NCBI GenBank assembly: GCA_003193925.1
Contig: PSPG01000004.1
Location: 1 to 64,000 of the forward strand
Direction: 5' to 3'
Length of the DNA stretch: 64,000 nucleotides
Source: Candidatus Thalassarchaeum betae
GTDB taxonomy: Archaea; Thermoplasmatota; Poseidoniia; Poseidoniales; Thalassarchaeaceae
Shown here: positions 1-9,079 of the stretch, one piece after another
Position numbering within the stretch: the stretch's first letter is position 1
Layout of the letters: each line of letters opens with the position of its first letter
The notes under the pieces: model-generated
Told to the model about the DNA's origin: nothing
Seen by the model: only the letters and a program-made list of their open reading frames with translations
Database searches by the model: none
Translations under genes and position numbers: made by a program

Positions 1-2
1 CC

Positions 3-842
3 GACCCGGACGACGACAACGACGGCTACGACGACGACGTCGACGCCTTCCCGTTCGACCCGAGCGAGGTCAATGACAACGACGGCGACGGCATCGGCGA
101 CAACGCTGACACCGACGACGACAACGACGGAGTCAGCGACGGCCTCGACGCCTTCCCGAACGATGCCACCGAGACAATCGACACCGACGGCGACGGCATC
201 GGCAACAATGCCGATACCGACGATGACAACGACGGAGTGGATGACGCGGACGACGCCTTCCCGCTCAACCCGAGCGAGTGGGACGACACCGACAGCGACG
301 GACTGGGCAACAACGTTGACCCGGACGACGACGGCGACGGCGTCGCGGACGTTGCAGATCCGTTCCCACTGGATTCGTCCGAGTGGGCTGATGACGATGG
401 CGACGGAATCGGTAACAACGCTGACAGTGACGATGACGGCGACGGAGTCGACGACGACGATGACGCCTTCCCGGAGGACCCGAGTGAGTGGAACGACATG
501 GACGGCGATGGCCAGGGCGACAACTCTGACGCCGACGACGATGGCGACGGAGTGAACGACGGTATCGACGTCTTCCCAGCGGATCCATCCGAGTGGGTCG
601 ACAGCGATGGTGACGGAATCGGAGACAATAGCGACACCGACGACGACGGCGACGGCACTCCCGATGTTGACGACGCCTTCCCGCTGAACCCGTCCGAGGA
701 CCACGATCTCGACGGCGACGGAATTGGTGACAACGCCGACTCCGACGACGACGGCGACGGCGACTCTGACGATACCGATGCGTTCCCGACCGACGCGAGC
801 GAGTGGGACGACACCGACGGCGATGGCATCGGCGACAACGCC
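3..842 (+). repeat. Eight tandem 105-bp (35-aa) TSP3-like repeats
   Basis: Units recur every 105 nt from position 3; a ninth, divergent Cys-containing unit starts at 843. Confidence 0.9.
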
Positions 843-1109
843 GACACCGACGATGACGGCGACGGCGTGTCCGACGCTCGTGAGGACGAGTGCGGCTCTG
901 ACAGCCTGGACGCCAGTTCAGTGCCTTCCGACTTCGACGGCGACGGAATCTGTGATTCCATCGACACCGACAACACTGACGGTCCTGACTACGTGCCAGA
1001 AGAGGATACCAGCCTCGGATGGACCAATGTCGTGCCTGGATTCCCGTCTCTGTTCGCTGCAATCGCACTGATCGGCGCGGCCTTCCTAGGTCGCCGCAAG
1101 GACGACTGA
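3..1109 (+). CDS. Cell-surface protein (5'-truncated) with thrombospondin type 3-like Ca-binding repeats and a PGF-CTERM sorting signal
   Basis: Frame is open from the window edge (DPDDDNDG...). Tandem DxDDDGDG..DAFP.DPSEW.D.DGDGIGDN units. C-terminus VPGF + hydrophobic helix + RRK (VPGFPSLFAAIALIGAAFLGRRKDD). Confidence 0.9.
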   Translation, partial: DPDDDNDGYDDDVDAFPFDPSEVNDNDGDGIGDNADTDDDNDGVSDGLDAFPNDATETIDTDGDGIGNNADTDDDNDGVDDADDAFPLNPSEWDDTDSDGLGNNVDPDDDGDGVADVADPFPLDSSEWADDDGDGIGNNADSDDDGDGVDDDDDAFPEDPSEWNDMDGDGQGDNSDADDDGDGVNDGIDVFPADPSEWVDSDGDGIGDNSDTDDDGDGTPDVDDAFPLNPSEDHDLDGDGIGDNADSDDDGDGDSDDTDAFPTDASEWDDTDGDGIGDNADTDDDGDGVSDAREDECGSDSLDASSVPSDFDGDGICDSIDTDNTDGPDYVPEEDTSLGWTNVVPGFPSLFAAIALIGAAFLGRRKDD

Positions 1110-1162
1110 GCAAGCTCAGTCGGACGTAACCCCGGGTCGGGGGCTTCAGCCCCCGGTCCGGG
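1103..1162 (+). terminator. Two tandem hairpins at the end of the surface-protein gene (possible terminator or mRNA-stabilising element)
   Basis: cgactgagc-aa-gctcagtcg (1103-1122, contains the TGA stop) and cccgggtcgggggc-ttca-gcccccggtccggg (1131-1162, 14-bp stem with 2 G-U pairs). No U-tract follows. Confidence 0.45.
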
Positions 1163-1237
1163 ACCCCGTCTCAGGCTGGCTACGCCTTGTCTCGGGAATA
1201 CTGATAAGGCGGTGCGAGAGACTTGTGCGCGAGACTA

Positions 1238-1624
1238 GTGCCCGGAACGACAAGAGTGGAGATTCGCACCCTGAAGGTGGGTCGCTACGTAGCGCTCGAG
1301 AACAGTGCGTACAAGATTCTCAGCATGTCCAAGTCCAAGCCCGGTAAGCATGGCTCGGCCAAGGCTCGCCTAGAGCTGGAGGACATCTTCACCGGTCAGA
1401 AGAGGAGCCACGTCGGCACTGTGACGGACTCGATCAACATCCCGATGATCGAGAAGGGCTCGGCCATCATCACCCACATGCAGGGCGGCGAGGTCCATGC
1501 CATGGACAACAAGACCTATGCGACTCTGATTCTGCCCCCCTCCTCAGAGTTCTCCTTGGAGCCAGGTGGCGAGATCCAGTGGATGGAAGCCATGGGCCGC
1601 TACAAGATAACGCGCAACCACTGA
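1238..1624 (+). CDS. eif5a: Translation factor aIF5A/eIF5A
   Basis: Hypusine motif SKPGKHGSAKAR; probable GTG start at 1238. Confidence 0.95.
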   Translation: MPGTTRVEIRTLKVGRYVALENSAYKILSMSKSKPGKHGSAKARLELEDIFTGQKRSHVGTVTDSINIPMIEKGSAIITHMQGGEVHAMDNKTYATLILPPSSEFSLEPGGEIQWMEAMGRYKITRNH

Positions 1625-1660
1625 GCCTCGTGCTATGGGCTCCTGAGGTTCATCGAGGCG

Positions 1661-1673
1661 CGAGAAGTATAAG
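1661..1673 (+). promoter_or_regulatory. Putative BRE + TATA box for the OPT transporter
   Basis: cgagaa-gtataag ends about 36 nt upstream of ATG 1709. Confidence 0.45.
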
Positions 1674-1708
1674 CGATTCGTTACGGCCCTCGTATCGGAG
1701 AGCGTAGC

Positions 1709-4246
1709 ATGTCCGACGTCCAGCGTTCCGCCTATCGACAGCCAGTCACTCCCTCTGGCCTCGAGTCGATAGAGAAGGGTACGCTGACTTGGCTCGACGA
1801 GGACATGTACAATAATCTCAACACGGGAGTGCTCGAGCAGTACCTGGAAGAGAAGAACCTGCAGGACTCCTTCGAGATAAGCCACTGGGATACCAAGAAA
1901 GTGCTCATCGGCATCGCCATAGGCGCTGTCTTCAGCGGTGTTACCGCCTACACCGGCCTCAAGATCGGCCTCGCCGTCTCCGCCGCATGGTACGTCGCTT
2001 ACCTGCTGGGAATGGCTCTGCAATGGTCCCCCTCGGAGGTGAATATCTCAACCAGTGCCACAACCGGAGCCTCGAACGCGTCGATCGGCTTCATCTTCAC
2101 CTTCCCGGCCATCTTCCTGTTGGCCTACTCCGACAAATACATGGTAGGCGATGGCCATCTGATAACTTCCGTCGACACCCTCCAGCTCGCATTCATCGGC
2201 ATCATCGCGTCGATGTTCGCCGGCTTCCTCGGAGTGATGTACTTCATCATCTTCAGACGCGTCTGGCTGGTCGAGGACCCACTCCCCATGCCGGGGTTCG
2301 AAGCCACTCTCAAGATGCTCGACATAGCCTCGGACGTCAGTACCGGTGCCGTGCAGGCAGCCCGTGATTCACTGAAGACCGTCGGTCTGTGGACCGTGCT
2401 GACGATGGGCTTCATGTTCCTCATCGACTATCCTCTCATGTGGGGCAAGAAGATAGCTGGGATTCCCGGCAGCCTTGCCGACTGGCTCGCAATGGCGCTT
2501 TCCGGCGAGGAGTGGGGCGTCGCCTCTATCTTCACTGAGCGGTGGCTGCACCAGCCCTCCAAGCTCGTCGACGGGCACGCCCAATTCAACGGCATCACTC
2601 CCTATGAGTCGGGCAACATCTTCTCCTACACGTTCCTAGGCGTCGAACTGAGCCCGACCCTGCTCGCAATAGGCTGGTTCATGAAGTTCAGAGTGGCCTT
2701 CCTCGTCAACCTCGGCTCTCTGGTCGCCTGGTTCTACCTCGTCCCACTGGTCATCCTGATGGACACTCCCGTCTACGACCCGGCCCTGGGGCACTACGTG
2801 GCTATCACAGAGTACGGCGACCTGACATCGCTCCCAGTCTATCCGATCGTGCAATGGAAGGCGTTCAGCTCCATCGTCAAGACCATCGCCATCGGCGCCA
2901 TCCTCGGTGGGGGCATCTACGGGCTGCTCAAGATGGCGCCGACCTTCGTCAACATCTTCGGCGACATCAGTAGCGCCTTCAGCGGCGAGAAGGGCGATGA
3001 GTACATCGAGGACCGCGGCTGGTACGAGTGGCCCCTCGACCACATCCCGATCTTCATGGGAATCGCGTTCCTCGCGATGATCCTCATCTTCTGGCTCGGC
3101 GGATTCCCCGTACTGCCGGCCATTGTCTTCGCAATCGTCCTCCTTGCTACCACGTTCCTGCTTGGCGCGATCGCCGTCCGCGTGATGGGCGAGACTGGCA
3201 TCGAGCCGGTCTCGGGAACCTCGTTCATCGTCCTGTTGATCCTGCTCCTCGTCTTCCTCAACCTGCCTATGGGCCTGACCAAAGAGGAGTCGGTGTTGAT
3301 GGCCCTAGTGGGGACCACTGTGTTCGGTTCCGCCATCTCGATGTCGGGCACCGTGGTTGGTGACTACAAGAACAGCCTTTACATCGGCAACCGCCCGTAT
3401 CACATTTCCAAGGGCAACATCATGGGGGTCGTGCCCGGGGCCGTACTCGGCGCCGGCGTCGCTATCTTCCTCTCCATGCTTCTGGCCAGCGGCAAGATTG
3501 ACCTGCTCGCACCACAAGCCAATGCGTTCGCCGCCTTCACCATCATCCTCGCTGAGGGGCAGGGTGACTGGTATGCACTCGGCCTCGGCTTCCTGTTGGG
3601 GGCATTCGCCGAGTGGGCTACTGGTATGGGCACCTCCTTCGGACTCGGCATGTACCTGCCGACTCCCATCACCTTCCCGATGCTGATCGGTGGGGCGGCC
3701 CGCGACTGGTGGGAGAAGCGCAGGCTTCTGCCGAAGGTAGAGGAGATTCGCCTCTCCGAGGGCTCGGCCGCCTCTGAGAAGAGCCGAGCCCTGATGTTGC
3801 TGTTCTCCTTCATGGTGGCCGCTGGAATGCTGACCGGAGAGGCCTTTTTCGGAGTCGAGGCGGCCATACTGGCAGTGTCTGACGAGTTGGAGATCGAGCA
3901 GGAGTACCTGCCCGACTCGTGGACCGAGGACACCTATCTGGATGAGATGCTCGGGGCTGAAGATGATGACTTCACTCATGTTTTGGGTTACGCTATATCG
4001 CGGATCGCTTCAGACATAGACGACGGAAAAGAACCATCCTGTGAGATATTTCCAGATTCTGTGATATGTACTGAGACTATGAGCATCAAATCGTGGTGGC
4101 CACAAGCCAGATTTACTGGATTCTTGCTCGTCAACCTGGCCTTGGGAGCCCTAATCTACGTTTTGTTCAAGGCTGCTGGCATAATAGGCATCCAAGAGGA
4201 GTCAGAAGACGAATCTGAGGTCATGGACGCTGAGCTGGCGGATTGA
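1709..4246 (+). CDS. OPT/YSL-family oligopeptide transporter
   Basis: YTGLKIGL, SEVNI, FIFTFPA, EDPLPMPG, GETGIEPVSG, LLAPQANA and FGLGMYLP motifs; many TM helices. Confidence 0.9.
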   Translation: MSDVQRSAYRQPVTPSGLESIEKGTLTWLDEDMYNNLNTGVLEQYLEEKNLQDSFEISHWDTKKVLIGIAIGAVFSGVTAYTGLKIGLAVSAAWYVAYLLGMALQWSPSEVNISTSATTGASNASIGFIFTFPAIFLLAYSDKYMVGDGHLITSVDTLQLAFIGIIASMFAGFLGVMYFIIFRRVWLVEDPLPMPGFEATLKMLDIASDVSTGAVQAARDSLKTVGLWTVLTMGFMFLIDYPLMWGKKIAGIPGSLADWLAMALSGEEWGVASIFTERWLHQPSKLVDGHAQFNGITPYESGNIFSYTFLGVELSPTLLAIGWFMKFRVAFLVNLGSLVAWFYLVPLVILMDTPVYDPALGHYVAITEYGDLTSLPVYPIVQWKAFSSIVKTIAIGAILGGGIYGLLKMAPTFVNIFGDISSAFSGEKGDEYIEDRGWYEWPLDHIPIFMGIAFLAMILIFWLGGFPVLPAIVFAIVLLATTFLLGAIAVRVMGETGIEPVSGTSFIVLLILLLVFLNLPMGLTKEESVLMALVGTTVFGSAISMSGTVVGDYKNSLYIGNRPYHISKGNIMGVVPGAVLGAGVAIFLSMLLASGKIDLLAPQANAFAAFTIILAEGQGDWYALGLGFLLGAFAEWATGMGTSFGLGMYLPTPITFPMLIGGAARDWWEKRRLLPKVEEIRLSEGSAASEKSRALMLLFSFMVAAGMLTGEAFFGVEAAILAVSDELEIEQEYLPDSWTEDTYLDEMLGAEDDDFTHVLGYAISRIASDIDDGKEPSCEIFPDSVICTETMSIKSWWPQARFTGFLLVNLALGALIYVLFKAAGIIGIQEESEDESEVMDAELAD

Positions 4247-4248
4247 GC

Positions 4249-5208
4249 ATGGCCGAATCGGGTGACTCAGCCACACCCTTCGGCGCTTGGGTACTGCTCG
4301 GAGTGGCTCTGTTAGCGGTTTCCAGCGCCGGAGCGGTACTCCAGGCGATGGGCGAGGTTCCGCCGGTCCTACGTGCTTCGTGGAGGATGCAGGGCACCGC
4401 GCTGGTGCTTCTGCCTGGTTTCATCTACCAGTTCAGCAAGATGGACCGGAGCGCCCTACGCTCTCGTGATTGGCTGCTTATGCTGGCATCGAGCATCTTC
4501 CTAGCAATTCACTTCGGCTCGTGGGTCTGGTCCCTTGACCACACCAGCCTGATTCACAGCCTGCTGTTCGTTTCCAGTCACCCTCTCGTCCTCGTCCTCA
4601 TCATGCCATTGATCGGTGCTGCTGTGCGTAGGGGGCATGTCGTCGGAGCCCTGGTCGGCTTTACTGGAGCGATGCTTTCGCTCGGAGATGCCAAACCCGG
4701 CGGCGAAGTCACTTTGATGGGAGATGTCGCAGCCTTCTTGGGCGCTCTCACTGTGGTCGGTTACCTGTTAGCGGGCCGACATCTGCGCTCGGAGCGACAG
4801 GTCCCGATTTTCGTCTATGCCTTCCCTGTGACCTTCGCTGCCGCTATCTGGCTCGCTCTGGCGGCCATCAGTCAGGAGGGTGCGAGCATGGGCGAAATCG
4901 TTCCCGAGTTGTCCGTCCTCGGCTGGACCGACGCTCTGTGGCTGCCTTGGATAGCTTACCTTTCATTCGGTCCAGGACTGTGTGGTCACACTGGAATAAA
5001 CACTGTACTGCGTTGGATCACACCAATCACGGTATCGATTATACTGTTGCTCGAACCGGTCATCGGTGGGCTGATTGGCTGGCTCTGGACCGGTGAGGCC
5101 ACATTGGGTATGTGGACGGTCCTCGGTGGGCCGCTGATGTTAGCCGGAGCGATTATGGTGACTCTCGAAGAAGGCAGGGACGAGCCGACGCAAGACACGG
5201 TTTCATGA
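4249..5208 (+). CDS. EamA/DMT-family transporter
   Basis: About 10 TM helices in two repeats; FLAIHFGSW, GDVAAFLGA and LLEPV motifs. Confidence 0.85.
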   Translation: MAESGDSATPFGAWVLLGVALLAVSSAGAVLQAMGEVPPVLRASWRMQGTALVLLPGFIYQFSKMDRSALRSRDWLLMLASSIFLAIHFGSWVWSLDHTSLIHSLLFVSSHPLVLVLIMPLIGAAVRRGHVVGALVGFTGAMLSLGDAKPGGEVTLMGDVAAFLGALTVVGYLLAGRHLRSERQVPIFVYAFPVTFAAAIWLALAAISQEGASMGEIVPELSVLGWTDALWLPWIAYLSFGPGLCGHTGINTVLRWITPITVSIILLLEPVIGGLIGWLWTGEATLGMWTVLGGPLMLAGAIMVTLEEGRDEPTQDTVS

Positions 5209-5230
5209 ACTACCTGTAGTTGGGGCATCC

Positions 5231-6163
5231 GTGAGCCGTGCTGCATTATTCCTGACCAATGACGACGGCATTGACTCCGCCGGGTTGCACTTGCTGATAG
5301 AGGCCCTACATGCTCGTGGGCACCCGTTGGTAGTGCTGGCTCCGGCCAGCGAGCAGTCCTGCTCGGGAATGCGCCTGACTTTGAGGCACGACCTGGAGTT
5401 CGAGGAGAGGGAGGACATCGCTAACTCCCTCCGAACCGAGGGCGGCCCCCCTCTCAGGATATTCTCGCTGGACGGGTCTCCTTGTGACTGCGCAATAGTC
5501 GCTTTGGATGGGGGACTGCAAGTCTGGGCTCCTGAGATTAAACCAGCGATGTGTGTCTCCGGCATCAATCAAGGCCCGAACCTTTCTGTGGACGTCCTAC
5601 ACTCCGGGACCGTATCCGCAGCCCGTGAGACCTCGCTCTATGGATTGCCGTCAATCGCAATCAGTCTCGCCACCTACGAGCACTCGGAGTTCTCTCAGAC
5701 CGTCGAGGCCTCTCTCGGCATCATCGAAGCCTGCTTGACCGTTCTGCCCGAGGAGCCAGTGAACCTGAGGCGACCCGAGGGCAGCCGCAGGAAACCGCTC
5801 TCAGAAGGGCCGATGGGAGCGAGGGCCCGCTCTGCCTTCGCCCATGGCGATATGTTCCTGAACATCAACGGCCCCGAGTCTTGGAACGGTGAGTTGCAAA
5901 CCGTCTCTCTCGGCTCTAGATGGTACCACAATGCCATCGACATGAAGGACACCAAAAACATCGGCGTCGCATTCGAAGTAGGGGCTGCGACGATCGAGGA
6001 CGAGGACATTCCTGGTACTGACTGCAACGCCGTCAACTCCGGCGCCGTCGCAATCACGCCACTATCCTCCTGGCCTGTGAACCATCCCCTGGGACTCAGC
6101 GGCGAGCTGCTGTCCGCAGCCACTGAGCAGGGTGTTTTCGGACTGCCGTCCTGGCTCGAATGA
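5231..6163 (+). CDS. surE: 5'/3'-nucleotidase SurE
   Basis: LTNDDG, APASEQS, GSPCDC, SGINQGPNL, HSGTVSAA. Confidence 0.95.
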   Translation: MSRAALFLTNDDGIDSAGLHLLIEALHARGHPLVVLAPASEQSCSGMRLTLRHDLEFEEREDIANSLRTEGGPPLRIFSLDGSPCDCAIVALDGGLQVWAPEIKPAMCVSGINQGPNLSVDVLHSGTVSAARETSLYGLPSIAISLATYEHSEFSQTVEASLGIIEACLTVLPEEPVNLRRPEGSRRKPLSEGPMGARARSAFAHGDMFLNINGPESWNGELQTVSLGSRWYHNAIDMKDTKNIGVAFEVGAATIEDEDIPGTDCNAVNSGAVAITPLSSWPVNHPLGLSGELLSAATEQGVFGLPSWLE

Positions 6164-6751
6164 TCACCCATCCAGAAGATGGTGCACTATTGCGATGCAG
6201 GCATGTCCTTGAAGCCACTCCGTGCCGATAGATAATCTCTGACAGGCGCACAGTGCATTGTTTTCCTTATCGCTGAAAGGCAGGTGATCGGAGAGTATGA
6301 ATCCAACCGGGGCGTCTTGCAAGGCCTCATCGAAACTACTTCCAAGTGAGTCGAGGACGTACGTGTTGACGCCTTCTCTGCTCCATTCCCCCAGCGTGTC
6401 AGAAAGGCCCCCTCCGGAGTGGGATATCCCACTCGAGACTTCCTCCCAAGTGCCAATCGGAGGAATCTGGCGCTTCATGATCGAGCGTATGTGACCGGCT
6501 ATCGATCGTTCATCGGGGCGGACCCCCCTGAGTGTGCTCCCATCGAACCAGACTCTTCTGAGGGGGCCTTGGCCACCTGTCAGGTGCAAGGTGATGTGTG
6601 AGTCCCTCCGTATTCCATGAGACAAGAACAGCGCGGTGTTGACAGCCCTGACCAGAACATCCATCCTTCCCGAACCTCCGGCTAGGTCATTGAGCCTCAA
6701 ATCGCCCGAGCTTAGTGCATCGTGACCAATGATGGCGAAGCGCCGTTGCAC
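6164..6751 (-). CDS. trmY: tRNA (pseudouridine54-N1)-methyltransferase (SPOUT)
   Basis: LNDLAGGSGRMDVLVR, RPDERS, FILSDH, LSIGTEWL.GHACIAIVH. Confidence 0.92.
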   Translation of the reverse strand: MQRRFAIIGHDALSSGDLRLNDLAGGSGRMDVLVRAVNTALFLSHGIRRDSHITLHLTGGQGPLRRVWFDGSTLRGVRPDERSIAGHIRSIMKRQIPPIGTWEEVSSGISHSGGGLSDTLGEWSREGVNTYVLDSLGSSFDEALQDAPVGFILSDHLPFSDKENNALCACQRLSIGTEWLQGHACIAIVHHLLDG

Positions 6752-6755
6752 GACT

Positions 6756-8114
6756 TCACCCCATTCCGAGGTCCATGTCGTCTACGTCCATCATAGACTT
6801 CATCTTCCGCCTGAAACTCCTGTCACTCTTCATGCCCCGCATCATCTTGCGACTCCTGTTCCACTGGTTGAGGAGCTCTTTGACGTCTTTCTCATAGACT
6901 CCTGAGCCCCTCGCTATCCGACGGATCCTGCTGGACTTCAGCAAGTGGGGCTGGTCCTTCTCCTCCTGTGTCATAGAGTCCATTATCACTCGGAACTTCT
7001 CCAGGTTGCCCTGCATCTGCTGCTTCTGAGCCCTACTCATGTTCCCCATTCCCCCGAACATCGCGTCCGGGAGGTGGGAGAGCAGTTTGTCCACAGTACC
7101 AATCTTGCTCATCATCTCCATCTGGCTGTACATGTCCGTGAGGGTGAATCGGCCCGACATCAGCCTCTGCGCGAGGCGGGCAGCCTCCTCTTGGTCCAGG
7201 TCGCCGGGCGCGAGGTCGATGAGTCCCTTGATGTCTCCTAATCCGAGGAGTCTGGAGATGAACCGGTCCGACTCGAACAATTCAAGGTCCTGAATCCGCT
7301 CGCCCTCACCAACGAAGACGATAGGAGCTCCCGTTGTTGCCACAGCGCTCAGCGCCCCCCCGCCTCTGGCTGTTCCATCCAGCTTGGTGACTATGGTGCC
7401 GGTGACTCCGACCAGTTCGTGGAAGGATTGGGCCACGGGTCCGGCTGCCTGACCGACCTGTGCGTCGATGACGAGGAAGCACTCGGTTGCGTTGGCAACC
7501 TCGGCGATTCTGACAAGCTCGGAACGCAGCTCGTCGTCGAGCCCGTCGCGACCTGCTGTGTCGATGATCAGCACATCGGCCGTGCCGACATTCCTGATGC
7601 CGTTGCGCACAATCTTCGTGGCATCGCTCTCACCTGGCTCCCCGTAGACGTCCACGTTTGTCCCCTCTAGAAGCTGCTGGAGCTGTTCGTAGGCCCCCGG
7701 ACGGTGCGCGTCGGCCTCGATGACCGCCACCTTCAGTCCGTGACGACGCCTCCACCAGTCTGCTAGCTTTGCCGTGGTCGTTGTCTTGCCCTGGCCGTAG
7801 AGGCCGACCATGAGGATGGTCTGGTTGTGTGGCATGATCTCTCTGGCGGGGCCAAGGAGCCGGACCAGCTCCGCGTAGATGAGGTTCATCGCGTGGGTAT
7901 CGAGTTTGATTCCGGGTCGAGGCTCCTCCTCTAGCATGCGCCTCTCGATTCGCTCGGTGAGTTCCTTGGAATGCCTGACGTTGAAATCAGCCTCCAGCAA
8001 GGCCTTGCGTAGCGAGCGACCGAGTTCCTTCACGCTCTCCTCGTCGATCTTGCGCTTCCCTCTCAGCGCGCCGACCGAACCCATGATCCTGTGCTTGAGC
8101 CCGTCGAGTGCCAT
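6756..8114 (-). CDS. srp54: Signal recognition particle protein SRP54
   Basis: GLYGQGKTTT, DTAGR, TKLDGTARGGGALS and a Met-rich M domain; start set at ATG 8114. Confidence 0.96.
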   Translation of the reverse strand: MALDGLKHRIMGSVGALRGKRKIDEESVKELGRSLRKALLEADFNVRHSKELTERIERRMLEEEPRPGIKLDTHAMNLIYAELVRLLGPAREIMPHNQTILMVGLYGQGKTTTTAKLADWWRRRHGLKVAVIEADAHRPGAYEQLQQLLEGTNVDVYGEPGESDATKIVRNGIRNVGTADVLIIDTAGRDGLDDELRSELVRIAEVANATECFLVIDAQVGQAAGPVAQSFHELVGVTGTIVTKLDGTARGGGALSAVATTGAPIVFVGEGERIQDLELFESDRFISRLLGLGDIKGLIDLAPGDLDQEEAARLAQRLMSGRFTLTDMYSQMEMMSKIGTVDKLLSHLPDAMFGGMGNMSRAQKQQMQGNLEKFRVIMDSMTQEEKDQPHLLKSSRIRRIARGSGVYEKDVKELLNQWNRSRKMMRGMKSDRSFRRKMKSMMDVDDMDLGMG

Positions 8115-8190
8115 GTTCCCGGGTCCTGATTGTGTGGTTTGAACGTTATCGGGGGGCGAGGGGCTCAAAGGCGATGCGCTATGGCGCCTC

Positions 8191-8979
8191 GTGGCCGTCG
8201 AGTTGTGGCAAACACAGGTGGCCTTCGCGATTGGGCTTCTGGGGGTGTACATCGGCTGGAGGGGCGTCATTTCCAAGATGACGGGCTTTTATGACGTCGC
8301 TGGCGCTGTCAAGTACCTTCTCTATGGCTTGGTTTCGGGCATGCTCCTAGCAATGGCTGTCGACCGGATTATACTCCCTGCAGTCATACTGTCTTCCCTG
8401 AACATCATCAGCGTGAGCCTCGTGGCTCTGTTGATAGGAGCTGCTGAGACCGCATTCGTGATGTTTCTCATGGCTAGGCCGAGAGTGGTCGCTCTGAGGG
8501 GCTCCCCTCCATATGGTTGGGCTCTGGGCCTCGGAATCGGCTCCATGCAGGCGTGCGTGCTCATAGTGAGGCTGTTTGACACGGAGTTGGCATACTCGGA
8601 ATACTCTGGCCTGAATCCATTCAGTTTGCTCCTGGCCTTCGCCATATCGATCACATCCAGCCTAGGCCATGCGCTCCCGGCCTCTTGGCAGGGTGCGAAG
8701 GTGCTGGAAGGTAGCAGAATGCGCCCCTTCTTTCTGTCCTCGATGGCTAGAGGGGCATTGACGGTGTGCTTGGTCCTCTCCTTATTCGAGCCATTGGTGC
8801 TGCTAGCAGCCGTACCCGCTATCGCATTGGCGTGGGGTCCTGCACAGAGGTCATGGCTCCCCTCCGGCATGACTCCAGCAGCCAAGCAGGCCTTTCGACG
8901 CACTACGCGGCAGTCCGACAAGCACAGGAAGGCCTCGGAAGCGAGAGTCAAGGGCACCCGGATCGACAACGAGGAGTGA
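8191..8979 (+). CDS. Multi-pass membrane protein, possibly a degenerate PrsW/YhfC-like fold
   Basis: About 7 TM helices; YGWALGLGIGSMQA and GHA segments; basic/acidic C-terminal tail. Confidence 0.6.
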   Translation: MAVELWQTQVAFAIGLLGVYIGWRGVISKMTGFYDVAGAVKYLLYGLVSGMLLAMAVDRIILPAVILSSLNIISVSLVALLIGAAETAFVMFLMARPRVVALRGSPPYGWALGLGIGSMQACVLIVRLFDTELAYSEYSGLNPFSLLLAFAISITSSLGHALPASWQGAKVLEGSRMRPFFLSSMARGALTVCLVLSLFEPLVLLAAVPAIALAWGPAQRSWLPSGMTPAAKQAFRRTTRQSDKHRKASEARVKGTRIDNEE

Positions 8980-9045
8980 GATCATACTATTGAATCAGCC
9001 TCCTGCTCTGCGTTTCGCAGGTTATCGGACATGCTGATGGCGCAG

Positions 9046-9052
9046 TATTATA
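9046..9052 (+). promoter_or_regulatory. Putative TATA box for trkAH
   Basis: tattata about 28 nt upstream of ATG 9080, a spacing consistent with a leaderless transcript. Confidence 0.45.
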
Positions 9053-9079
9053 GCCACCCCGCTGAGGCAGTTGGTACGT

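Noticed and set aside
1-842. Regular repeats as a possible CRISPR array
   Set aside because: The repeats are degenerate at synonymous positions, in frame and protein-coding, with no unique spacers or cas genes.
26-1113. Long alternative-frame ORFs (Ser/Pro-rich 316 aa, Arg-rich 282 aa, Thr-rich 160 aa)
   Set aside because: Shadows of the GAC/GGC-rich TSP3 repeat, whose other frames lack stop codons.
1107-1162. UGA plus hairpin as selenocysteine or readthrough recoding
   Set aside because: The protein already ends in a complete sorting signal (TM + RRKDD), and the hairpin lacks an archaeal SECIS GAA/A motif.
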